The notes under the pieces: model-generated | What the model was told of the DNA's origin: nothing | The model's input: only the letters and a program-made list of their open reading frames with translations | Database searches by the model: none | Source of the DNA: Spizellomyces punctatus DAOM BR117 | Lineage: Eukaryota | Length of the DNA stretch: 37,818 nucleotides | Direction: 5' to 3' (one strand) | NCBI GenBank assembly: GCA_000182565.2 | Contig: KQ257467.1 | Translations under genes and position numbers: made by a program | Shown here: positions 1 through 10,845 of the stretch, piece by piece | Layout: each line of letters begins with the position of its first letter | Position numbering within the stretch: position 1 is the stretch's first letter

Positions 1-1
1 A

Positions 2-3000
2 GATCGACTAGCGCTGACTTGTCCCAACGACACCGTAGCGCAAAGTATCAGCTTCGACTACTGTGGGGACATGGTAACCGCGATCACTTCTGCGGGAGTT
101 CTTGTGGTGTACGATCCCCGCGCAAGCACCGATCCCGTCTACACCACGCAAGCAGATCATGTAGCCTCCAAACCCTGTCGAACTTGTTGGCTTGCGCCCG
201 ATCCCACTGTTGTGACAACGGGCTTCAACAAGCAGAGTGCCCGTGAGATTGCGGTCTGGGACACAAGAAGCTTGCAAAAACCCATTCAGGTGCTCGAGAC
301 TACGGGAACCGGTGTCGGGGTACTGCAGCCGTTTTGGGATCCTGCTCTCCCGTTAGTGTACTTTGGGTCGAAAGGCGAGGGCATAAGGGTGTACGAGTTA
401 ATGGAAGGGACGTTGAAATATGTAAATGCTGTAAAGGTCGAAAAACAAGCGGTGAGCAATGCAATGAGAAGTTCCGAATGTTTAATCCATCCGACCCTGA
501 TCCATTCCGTAGACAGCGGTAGAACTTCTGCCTAAACCCCTTTGTGATAGTCGGAAATGCGAAATCGCCAGATTCTTGAGACTAGGGTATGTGATTTGGG
601 ATGGACTCTGGGTTAGACAAGTTCTTGCCTACTTATTCGTCCCGACAGTACGGACAACGCGGTAGAAACAACCTCCATTCATGTGCCACGAGTTGACGGC
701 GAAAAGACCTTTCAAGCCGATTTATACCCGCCAATACCTATAGTCAACCCGGCAGCGAGCTCCCATCAATGGTTTGATGCCGGTGATTCCATCGAACCGA
801 TGATGGTTGATGTGGTCGCCCCTGAGCCTGTTCAGGTGACGGTAATTTCAGCGCCGGACGACGAGGACGTGTTGAAATTTCAAACAAAGGGAAGTGGCCC
901 AACAGTTGAAGAATTGCTATTGCAAAGGAAAGACACTCTTCGACGGCAGAGTACGCAAATACGTCGCGCTCCAACTGCAAAATCTCATCCCATCAGCCGA
1001 TCAAGTTCAGGTGCTTCGCTGTCGGCCCTGGGATCCACGCAATCTGAACCTTCTCAAGCTACTACTACCGTTTATCTAGACGGAACAATCGATATTGAGC
1101 GCAGAGGGTGGTTTGGAACCGTATGGGAGCGGCACTATCTTTCGCTGAAAAAATCACGTCTGTACGTGGGTTTGGATCAGGACGCAGAAATGCCCCTGTA
1201 TTTTATTCCCTTGGCCAGCATTCGAAAGCTTGATGTGTTCAGTCTTGGGCCAGATAGGGGGGATGGATCACATCATCTGGGACTCGTTATTGAGACTTCA
1301 GAAAGGGTCTGGAGGTTCAAGGCCGGGTCAAAACCAGAACGGGATATGTGGTTCAATACGTTGACATCCCTGCTAACGGTTCAGGGATCGCTTGGCGTGA
1401 GTAGTGCTCCACTCCCTTCATTACCGAAGAAAGAGTCGCAGACTCGGTTGGCGAATCGGTCGTCGACTCTGGTCGTCGGAAATAGGGAAGGGGCATCTTT
1501 GATTGGAAATATACAGTGTCTCATCTCCAGCGGTCCAAGTTCGAGGCCTAGTAAACCCACTTGGACTGCACGCTTTGCCGTGCTGGATGAAGAAGGTCTC
1601 CTTCACTTGTACCCACCAGACATAAAAGCATATACCGAAAATAAGCCGCCCCTCGAAAGCTTCAACCTTAGTGCAGCAATCTCTGTGAGGCTGGCTGACT
1701 TGTCATCAGACACAACCCCACTTGACCTACTTGCTGACAGTCAGATACACACCAGCAACCTCACATGCTTCCAAATAAACACCACAAAGCGTAAATTATT
1801 GTTTCGGTCGCGAAATGCACATGAAGCAGCGAATTGGGTCTTGCAAATTCGGAGGGTGGTCGTCAGCAAGGGATTTGTTCCCGCCAAGGAGATTGTGAGC
1901 GACGACGTTCTTGAGGGTTGGGTGGAAGTAAAAAGTGGAGGTGAGCGGGTTAAACTCGCTCCTCGGAGATATTGGTTGGAAGTGATTGATGGGACCTTCT
2001 ATTATTTTGATGAAAGGACCAGTACGTCGGCTAGTAGCGTTATCCCTGCGAGCGCATTTGATGACATTAGTAACGATGAAGCAATCGCAAGTACATCCGG
2101 TGCTCATCAGATTCTCGATACCGCATCGTTTGTCCTGCACTTTATTCCGGATGTCACCTGCATTCACGTAACATCATCCATCGACAAGCGCAATGCATGG
2201 GTCGACGGCCTTTCCCGCATTCGAATGGCATCATACGATCTCCTCGGACGGATAGGCTTAAATACGGACAATATCCTTCGAGACGACATGGCGAAAGCGA
2301 AAGCTGATGAACAACGCGGGGTGGATTTGAAAGATGAAGCGGATCGCGTGGAATTCGTTGACGAAAAGAGGATTGAAAGGGGGGAACAAAAGGTCCTTAT
2401 TGGAGTCTATGGGAAGGTGAAATTGGTAATATCCGGCATACATTGTAACGTGAGGAGCCTAAAAGCAGATGGGGCTTTTGTACTAGATACGGGTATGTAT
2501 GCCACGAACCTTGTGCTTGCCAAACGGCTTGCCTAACGAGGTCAATAATGTTCTTTCCCATAGGAATGACCATCTACCACTGGAATGGTCCAGCGTCATC
2601 TCGCGTCTGTCGTGCACGCGCGATGGACGTTGCAACAAGGATTCGAAAGCTTCGGGCAAACCGTCCTCGTGTACTTCTTGTTGAGCCTGACGATAAGGAG
2701 CTCATGACAGTTTTTTTCAATCATCTTGGCGCTTCATTGCCTATACAATCACCCTTTCCTCCTAGTGATGGAAATATTTCAGCTCTTATTCGGGTTTTCA
2801 AGATTGTCGATTCAGATTTGCGTCGGAGAAAAGTGAAATTTATATACCAAGGAGGAAGTCCAAGTCGGAAAATGTTAGAAAGTGAAAAGGTGTTTATAGT
2901 TTTGGCTGCAAGCGAAGTCTTCCTCTGGATTGGATGTAAGGCCGGTAGTGAGGAGAGGGCGCTGGGATCGGTAGTGGCAAGAAGAGCAGCAAGATGGATA

Positions 3001-4950
3001 AGAGACTCATTGAATGAGGGAGCTGTTCTGGTGAGGAAGGAGTACGAGGAAAGAGAATCAGCTATATGGAAGGTGCAATTCGCGACTGCTCTCCATTTCA
3101 ATCCTTGAATTCACCATACAAATGCTATCATATCCAAACAGGAAAAGTTTATCGACTATGAAGGATCCCTTCCTATCAGTATGCGCATTGATGTGGAAAC
3201 AAAGGGTAACATTGCGCCAGCTCTCGAGCAACCACCCATCTCTATTCCCTCGCTGCTCGCTCGCTCTCCGCTGCCCGCGCACCTGATCGCACTGCCGGAA
3301 ACCACCCAATGTGGCCGTCTCAGCATTTATCGCGTTGAGAACTTTGTCCGACATCCCATTCCCACCGCACTTCAAGGCCAATTCTTTCGATCGGAAAGCT
3401 ACGTCTCTCTCTACTCTTATAGGCCTCCCACAAGCGGCGTGGAGAAATGTATCAGTTACTTTTGGCAGGGAGGTCTGAGTTCCGTTACTCAGAAAGGAAC
3501 GAGTGCATTGATGACGATTGAATTGAGCGACGGGATTGCGGGTGACGTACAGCATATCAGAGTTGTCGAGGGCAAGGGTGAGTCTTCCCAACCTTGTTGT
3601 ATTGCAAAATCTGGTAATAATTTAGGCAAATCCGATACTGCGTCGGCGGTGCAGAGCCTAAGCACTTGTGCCTTCTTTTTGGAGAGCTCGGTTTTGTGAT
3701 TCGGTTGGGTTCTCCGCCTGGAAAGCAGGTAGCCGAAACCGATCCTCTCATCTTTGACATACGTGAGTGCTATGAAGGCATATGTAAAGCTATTGAAACA
3801 GAATCTGCCGGTATGCTGTGCTTTGAATTCAGCGCATTTGTTCCTCTTGATCTGACTTCCAGTAGACCTTACCCTCAATAGCAACCATTGTTATCTCATC
3901 CTTTTTCCTGCAATATCTTATATCTGGACCGGTCAGCACTCGCTTTTGTCTGAACGAACGTTTGCGGAGCAGGTGGCGCAACGTTACTGTGTCAAAGGGA
4001 CAAAGCATATTCCTGTCAAAGAGAGCGATATACTACCTAAGGCGCTGCAAGATTTGCTAGGTCAGCATCATATTTCAATCCGGCCTACAACAAGCTTGGA
4101 CAGAAGATATCTTGCCAGGCTGTTCTCATGCTCATCTGGGAGTGGAGTGGTCCAGGTAGGTCCAGTCTCAAACGCATGTCTAGGAAGTACAAAACCTGCC
4201 TTTTCTCCGCTTGGATGATCTTTAACAAGGTTTTCCTTGCATCAGATTGAGGAAATCCCACTATTTGTCCAGGAAGACCTCGACCCCAATATTGTCCATA
4301 TATTGGATACATTCTCAACTATATTTGTACGGTTCGGTACTTCCGCTAAGGTCAATGAAAAGATCATTGGCATGGAAACTGCACTGGTAAGTCCTCCGTT
4401 CCCAAAGCACACAAACAGGACAGCTTTATGATTTTTGAAATGGGTCTGAAGCAATACCTCGAGCAATCTACACTCCATGACAAGCAACGGACAGCGCTGC
4501 TCGTTACCTTTGCACATCAAGAGCCCGCTGACTTCACCAGACACTTTTATGGATGGACCAGACAAAAGATTCCAAAGGACAAGGTACGACCTGGCCCAAG
4601 TTCCTGAGGCACTCTAAATTGAGAGTATAACACTCTCGTTGCGCCCAGAGGGATCTCCCCAAAAAGACACGTCCCCTTCCTGAGGTTCTGGCAGAATACA
4701 ATCGCGAAACGTACCCGCTTGAGGTGTTGCTCAGTGAGCATCTACCTGAACATTTGGACCCCACTAAACTGGAGGTACTAAATGTTGCCATGTTTTTTTT
4801 AATGATTTGCTGGCAGCTCATAGTTTTCTTGTCTAGATGTACCTATCGGAGGAAGACTTTGAGGCGTTATTTAAAATGCAAAAAGGCGAATATGTATCAC
4901 TACAGCCGTGGAAGCGTGAAAAAGTGAAGAAGCAGGTTGGAGTGTTCTAA
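2..4950 (+). CDS. Villidin-like class-4 coronin (coronin WD40 + three PH domains + gelsolin repeats + villin headpiece); 5' end lies outside the window
   Basis: Spliced model with introns 452-512, 587-648, 2493-2563 and several more to 4836. Coronin motifs: TTGFNKQSAREIAVWD, GVLQPFWDP, LLPKPLCDSRKCEIARFLRL, VPRVDGEKTFQADLYPP. Three PH-like segments at about 1075-2230 (WERHYLSL..ERDMWFNTL; WTARFAVL..EAANWVLQI; RRYWLEV..RNAWVDGL). Gelsolin motifs: GAFVLDTGMTIYHWNG, GQFFRSESYV..YFWQG, RVVEGKEP, LNSNHCYL. Terminal headpiece LPEHLDPTKLEMYLSEEDFEALFKM..LQPWKREKVKKQVGVF*, stop at 4948-4950. Confidence 0.9.
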
Positions 4951-5094
4951 AGCGGAATGTAACTCACTGGCAAAGCAAAAAGCCATTGGATAAAATGTAC
5001 TTAGAATGATTTTCTTATCGCATCTTGACCCTCCCGCCTACATATTCCATAATAGTATTGTTACAATTCTTGGTGACTTTGACCCTCAACATGA

Positions 5095-5434
5095 ATGCCT
5101 TGGCCAAGAATGCCTTGGCCAACGCCTTGGCTTTCTGTGCCCGTCGATGGCCCCCAAAACGCGCGCGCGGGGACGACGCACGCCCTGGCTGAAGTTGACA
5201 CTCGGCATATTGACGTATCCTGCGCTCTGGCACCATGTGAATTGCAAGTGCCCCTAACCAAAGGGAAATTGGACGTCAAGCACGAGCGAACGCTTGTTTA
5301 TCGACCTGCCATTTTCTGCCAAAAGGTGGCCAAGGACGTCATCAAACCTTTTAAAATGTCCATGACATGTACAGAGCGAGGAATTGCCAAGGCATGTCAA
5401 ACCTTGTCAAGGTTACCTTGTATTCCATATAAAA
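5095..5434 (+). promoter_or_regulatory. Promoter of the FAD oxidase: cluster of GCCARG hexamers, a short direct repeat and a TATA box
   Basis: GCCARG on either strand at 5099, 5103, 5114, 5126, 5184, 5329 and 5386. Direct repeat (AT)GCCTTGGC(CAA) three times at 5095-5131. TATAAAA at 5428-5434, about 65 bp before the ATG at 5497. Confidence 0.5.
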
Positions 5435-5496
5435 GGCAGCTGGTGCTTCAAAAGACTTGAACCCAGACATCCACTCCAACGTTGTTGATTGTTAAG

Positions 5497-7215
5497 ATGC
5501 AAGCCTTGTCTATGCTTCACGTTTTCTTTGTATTATTGGCTACATGCCTCCTCCATTCATTTGCAGCACCACATTCTAAGAAGAACTGTCGCTGTCTTCC
5601 AGCTGATGAATGTTGGCCCTCGCCTAGCATTTGGTCCGCCTTCAATGCAACAATCAATGGTGCCCTCATCAAACTCCTACCACCTGGCGCTGTCTGCCAC
5701 GATCCGTATTACGACCAAGAAGCATGTTCCGTTGCAAAAGCCCAATGGTATAATCCCTCTTGGCGTTCGGATCAGCCGGGGGCCATGGTTGATCCCAGCT
5801 GGGAAGGCACGAATCGCACAGAAACATGCTCTGTGACCACAGACAGAGCCACCCCTTGCGGACAGGGAAACGTGCCAACATACGCGGTAGTCGCGACGAC
5901 GAGCCAGCAAATCAGCCTTGCCGTCCGTTTCGCCGATAAATACCGGTTACGGCTGGTGGTTAAGAACACTGGCCATGAATTTAGGGGGAAGAGCAGTGTA
6001 CCTGACGCTCTGTCTATCTGGGTCCACCACCTGAAAGCCATAACTTTTTCTGACAATTTCGTGCCGGCGGGATGCAGGGGAAACGGCAATACCGCTGTCA
6101 CCGTTGGAGCAGGCGCTCAATGGGGGGAGGTATATAAAGCTGCAGATCAAAGGGGATTAGCCGTAGTTGGAGGACAAAATCCGACAGTGGGAGCATCCGG
6201 TGGTTACATTCAGGGCGGAGGTCACAGTGCACTGAGTCCCTATAAAGGATTAGCGGCTGATCTCGTATTGCAGTACACAGTTGTTACGGCGAAGGGCAAG
6301 GAAGTGACGGTTAACGCATGCCAAAACTCGGACCTGTTTTGGGCTCTGCGAGGTGGAGGTGGTGGCACATTTGGAGTAGTGACAAGCACAACCTTCACAA
6401 CATTTCCTACTCCCCCGCAAATTGTGGCAGGAATTACTGCGACATCGAATTCCTCCACTGATTTTGAGACATTCGTTGGCGACTTGACTGCTGAGTTCCC
6501 GCGACTCTCGGATGCGGGATGGGCAGGGTACCTGTACTATGCCGGCAATAACTTTCTCGGAGCGTTTTTAAATCTTGCAAACGGAACGTCAGCGGCATCA
6601 GAGTCCCTGGCCTTTTTGACCAACTATAAGAGAACCCGTCCTTCCTCGGAAGTCAACGTCGATGTACAAATTCTGACCCTCCCTTCGTTCTACGCATACT
6701 TCAACCTCACCTTCAATATGCAGACTCTCCCAATGCCCGGATCAAACGAAAGCTCCCCTGCTCCGGATCCGAATGACGGTTCCTCCTCCCTTGTGACCAG
6801 CCGTCTTATCCCTCGGGACGCGTTTTTACAATCGCCGGAGAAGGTTGCAAAGGCATTCACAAGCATGAAAGCGCCGTCAACTATTCTTATCCTTCACCTG
6901 GTTGCAGGAGGAGCGGTAGCACGCTATCCCCCGGACCACATTGCTGCGCATCCGGGATGGCGTAATACACTTTTGCATGTCGTGGCAGTATTCCCCACTA
7001 GTGGGACACCGCTTTGGGAGATTGCTGGACCAAAACCTGCTGCATACTTGAATGAAGCCGACGCTACCGAGGATATCTGGAAACAGCTGTTTTGGGGTGA
7101 TCACTACGATAGGTTAAAGAAAATTAAGGACAAGGTTGATTCAAAAGGTCTATTTTTTTGCACGAGATGCGTGGGAAGCGATGAATGGTCTGAAGATGGT
7201 AACTGCCGGATATAG
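5497..7215 (+). CDS. Secreted FAD-linked oxidoreductase, VAO/berberine-bridge-enzyme-like (fungal isoamyl alcohol oxidase type); intronless
   Basis: Signal peptide MQALSMLHVFFVLLATCLLHSFA. Family motifs CRCLPADECWPS, CGQGNVPTYAV, RLVVKNTGH (flavinylated His), TVGASGGYIQGGGHS, DLFWALRGGGGGTFGVVTS, AYLNEAD, FWGDHYDRLKKIKDKVD, CTRCVGSDEW. Confidence 0.93.
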   Translation: MQALSMLHVFFVLLATCLLHSFAAPHSKKNCRCLPADECWPSPSIWSAFNATINGALIKLLPPGAVCHDPYYDQEACSVAKAQWYNPSWRSDQPGAMVDPSWEGTNRTETCSVTTDRATPCGQGNVPTYAVVATTSQQISLAVRFADKYRLRLVVKNTGHEFRGKSSVPDALSIWVHHLKAITFSDNFVPAGCRGNGNTAVTVGAGAQWGEVYKAADQRGLAVVGGQNPTVGASGGYIQGGGHSALSPYKGLAADLVLQYTVVTAKGKEVTVNACQNSDLFWALRGGGGGTFGVVTSTTFTTFPTPPQIVAGITATSNSSTDFETFVGDLTAEFPRLSDAGWAGYLYYAGNNFLGAFLNLANGTSAASESLAFLTNYKRTRPSSEVNVDVQILTLPSFYAYFNLTFNMQTLPMPGSNESSPAPDPNDGSSSLVTSRLIPRDAFLQSPEKVAKAFTSMKAPSTILILHLVAGGAVARYPPDHIAAHPGWRNTLLHVVAVFPTSGTPLWEIAGPKPAAYLNEADATEDIWKQLFWGDHYDRLKKIKDKVDSKGLFFCTRCVGSDEWSEDGNCRI

Positions 7216-8221
7216 AACATTGGAGCTGCACATAGCAATACATCTATACCTTTTAGTTATCTTTTGGGACGGTATCCTCCGTTGAGGACGTCGGTTGTCG
7301 GCGGTTGAAGCTGCTGTATTGGTGCGGCACAGTCACATAACGGTGGCTTAGACTCGCGGCTCTTCTTGTCCGAACTTTGTCTGGCATTTGTGCTTTACTG
7401 CGGCATGGATGTTGCAGAATCAGTGCATATGTAGCTTGAGAAAGTTGGCGAAAGGCAGTAGCCAGATTCTCTTGGAAAAATATTCTTTAGATGATTTTTA
7501 CCAAGGATAGCCGATGCGAACGAACCATCTGCCGTTTTCCAAGGCGTGCGACACTCATGTTTTGGAAACATGGCTTTCAGAAATGGATACGGGCAAAGGT
7601 GTGAGAGACGCATAGACATAATGGCCCAAAGATGTTTGGGTGACGGAAAGGACATTCAAGTTTTGAGTGGGATGTACTGCTTGAGCTCCACATCGGTTTG
7701 AAGGATACCCTACGGTTGAGAACTGACGGAAATTAGGTCCTGGAGATATCTTACCAAGAACTCGTTCTGGTGCAAGGGGCTTACTTTGCTTACTTTGCAC
7801 CGCCCACCCTGCACTATTTGATTCTTGACTGCTGTTTTATGCTTCATTCAAATTTTAGACCTGAATATCCTGCAACCCGGATCCTGCCATGACATCTGGC
7901 TCTTTTATTCAATTATCATATCCTCTACGATTCGGAGAACCTATCTCCTTTTACATGCTGGAGCTTAAACCGTGTCACAGGCCCCTAACAATAGTGTGAC
8001 AACCAACAATCCAATCGTGTTTAATGATCTACAGTTACCCAGCAATAGGGTAAAGGACGAAAAAGTGCCTTTTGATATTTCAAATTTCTTAAAAGATACA
8101 CGATCGCAGGCCGTGCAGGCTGATGAGCATTTCCATAGTCCGGACACGAATGAGTCACCGCAAAATGTCCAGAACGCTTAACTGTCCAGCACAACCGGTG
8201 TCCGGCGACCTCCTACCAAGT

Positions 8222-8678
8222 ATGACCCAAAGTACAGTCCGTCGCAGCGTCTCTTCGTCTTCGCCTTGGGAAGCAACTGTAGGCTACTGTCGAGCTGTGC
8301 GCAAGGGTACTTACATCGCCGTCTCGGGCACTACATCTATCGACCAAGATACTGGGCTTGTAGCACATAAAGGTGACGCATATCTGCAGGTACGGTTCCA
8401 ACGCAATAACTCTATGTCAAAGTCGTAAACCTCTGTTATGTCAGACCAAGCACATTCTGAGCCTTATCAGCCAAACTCTGAAATCCTTGGATGCATCAAT
8501 AGAAGACGTTATTCGAACCCGAATGTTTGTGACAAATATCAAAGATTGGGAACAGGTTGGAAAGGCGCACGGTGAGATTTTTGGTAACATTCGACCTGCA
8601 GCAACCATGGTCGAAGTTAAGGGACTGATTGATCCAGACCTACTGGTGGAGATAGAGGTGGATGCCATTGTTGGATAG
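8222..8678 (+). CDS. YjgF/YER057c/UK114 (Rid) family protein, Rid7/YjgH-like subgroup
   Basis: Exons 8222-8389 and 8445-8678 (intron 8390-8444) give MTQSTVRRSVSSSSPWEATVGYCRAVRKGTYIAVSGTT..DAYLQTKHIL..DVIRTRMFVTNIKDWEQVGKAHGEIFGNIRPAATMVEVKGLIDPDLLVEIEVDA. Confidence 0.92.
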
Positions 8679-8890
8679 ATTTCGTCACATTTCCCAAATA
8701 GAATACAGAGGATAGCCTGTAAGGATTAGCCCCTATCTCCGCTGTTGGCCGTACAAACTTGAATGGATATGGTTTCGATGTGAGCGTACTCGATGGGAGA
8801 TTTAGAGCTTGTGACAAGAGAACAGCATATGGGAATACTTCTAACAAGCCCTTTGGGGATAAAATACCGTAGCTATATGAATTTTGCTTT

Positions 8891-10487
8891 TTATAACTGG
8901 ATGCCCTTTAATTCTGCCAGTCGTCTTATACTCTCTAGCGCTGTTTTCATAATATCATCTATATACTTTGGATTCTCATCGCTTGCTAAACCAAGAGGAG
9001 CCTCATTACAGTACTCAGTCCATAGCGCATGTTCAGGAATATCTTCCAACAGTTCCACCGGGATCGCCGCTGCGGTGGCCATAGCCCAACAGCGGGCCGT
9101 GATTGTGTTCACGTACCCCCCTCCACCCAAAATAAGAAGAGGGCGAACTGTGGGACTTCGCAAGTTGCACAAGAACGATACGATCTTGCCAAAAGTTGCT
9201 GGATCCAGTTTCCATCCTTCCCCATCCTCCTTTCTGCGTCCATTTTCATCAACTTCAGGAGTATTCAGGTTGCCTGCAGCACCGTCTGCACCACCTTGGA
9301 GAACGATACATTGCGGATCATAAACTGCACAGATTGCTTGCACAATTTGCTGGAAACAGGCCAAAAAGAGGGCGCCGCGCAGCCCTCGATGGAGAGGAAT
9401 ATTCAGATTGTGGTATCGAGCTTTGCCGCTCCCGATGGTGGTTGATGCGCCCGTGATGGGAAAGAACACGCCGCTTCTATGGAAGGAGCACGTGTAGACC
9501 CTCGGACTGAACAGATATGCGCCCTCAACACCTATCAGACTGTCAGTAGTTGCGATCATTACATGAGGCCCAAGATTGAACTGCTCAACGAACCATCCCC
9601 GTGGTGAATATCAATATCTAGATACAGTATTCTTTGAAATCGTGTCTGCAGCTTAGACATTCCGAGAACAATATCGTTGACATAACAGAATCCTGAAGCC
9701 TGCTCTCTTTTCCAGTTTCATCAACTTTTGATGACCTGGAGGACAACGCCTAACTACGTACCTATGTGCATGGTGTCTAAAGAACAATGAACCTCGATCA
9801 ATCTAGGGTTGGACTACCTGTCGGGTTTGGCCCGCGGAATAATACCTGCCACCATCCCAATGAATTGCAATATCGACGTCGCCGTCAACCAGCGCTCTGG
9901 CAGCCTCAAGTGTTCCACCAGCGACTCCGGCGACATACGAGCTCAACCCGTTGAATACTGGACAGTCACTGTCACTCAGTTAGCCATTGGTGTATGCGCA
10001 TCATGCACGACTTTTGCTTACTATTGCAATCCGAATCGAGCGATGCTCTCCAAGTATTCATCAGATTCCGGATCGGCAGCTTCGGCGTTTAAGAGGAAGT
10101 CTATCGACTCCGTTGGTTGATATCGCTGTTTTGCTGGGAAAATACACCTGACTAACCAATGTACTCTTCTGTATGGAATACCATCAGATCTTCTTTACTT
10201 GCAAATGCTGGTTGTAGTATCCTGAACATCAGGGTTATCAGATGCACCTCTATATTTTGTCCTAGATCCCAGTACCTCATATGTTCGTGTAATTTATACG
10301 CCGTAACCAGTGCATGAACATAAGTAGACTAATGAATATCTCTTTCTTAACACAGCGAACATCTAGACGCACTGCAATAGAGCGTAACATCCTATACCCT
10401 CATAGTGTTGGAAGGAAGCTTATCCGCAACCTCCCTCAGCCGGGTTGAGAAAACATAGCCAACGCGACGTTTGGGTTCAGGAGACAT
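8891..10487 (-). CDS. Class I histone deacetylase, HDAC8/Hos1-like
   Basis: Multi-exon model starting [22 protein letters not shown]. Motifs: [90 protein letters not shown]. Confidence 0.93.
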
Positions 10488-10845
10488 CACACGTATTTTG
10501 CTGTCTCGCCAAAGGATTCATCCTTTTCTGGTAAACCTCGACCAGACCACCGTCGTCCTTCGAGATCTCGGTTACTCTCAATGCGATTCTCTTTTCTAAT
10601 TCGCTCTTCATCTGGAGGTAATTCGCTCCTTCGCGGGTTCTTCGCACCACTTAGGCTGCGCCATATCTTAAACCCAAAAAGGACAAATGATGTCTGACGT
10701 TCAAGTCGGACTCTTTTGTCCGGCACGCCAGACCAGGACCGCCCAAAGATCCTGCCATCTGCAAGCAGCTTCTCCAAAGCAGGCGTGCCCATTTGTAGCA
10801 TCCCCAAGGGTTTCCGTGCTGTGAACGGGTAGTTATCTGTTTAGT

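Noticed and set aside
5159..5169. ACGCGCGCGCG run resembling MCB/E2F sites or a Z-DNA seed
   Set aside because: It is a single short CG dinucleotide run, and the downstream gene is not an obvious cell-cycle target.
7260..8200. Short ORFs between the FAD oxidase and the Rid gene (e.g. 7972-8181 +, 7395-7655 -)
   Set aside because: I found no recognisable motif and no phase-consistent splice chain. A small or decayed gene cannot be excluded without RNA data.
10488..10845. Possible E2F/MBF sites (TTCGCGGG near 10630) in the HDAC/Cdt2 divergent promoter
   Set aside because: Biologically plausible for Cdt2, but there is only one imperfect match, which is not distinguishable from chance.
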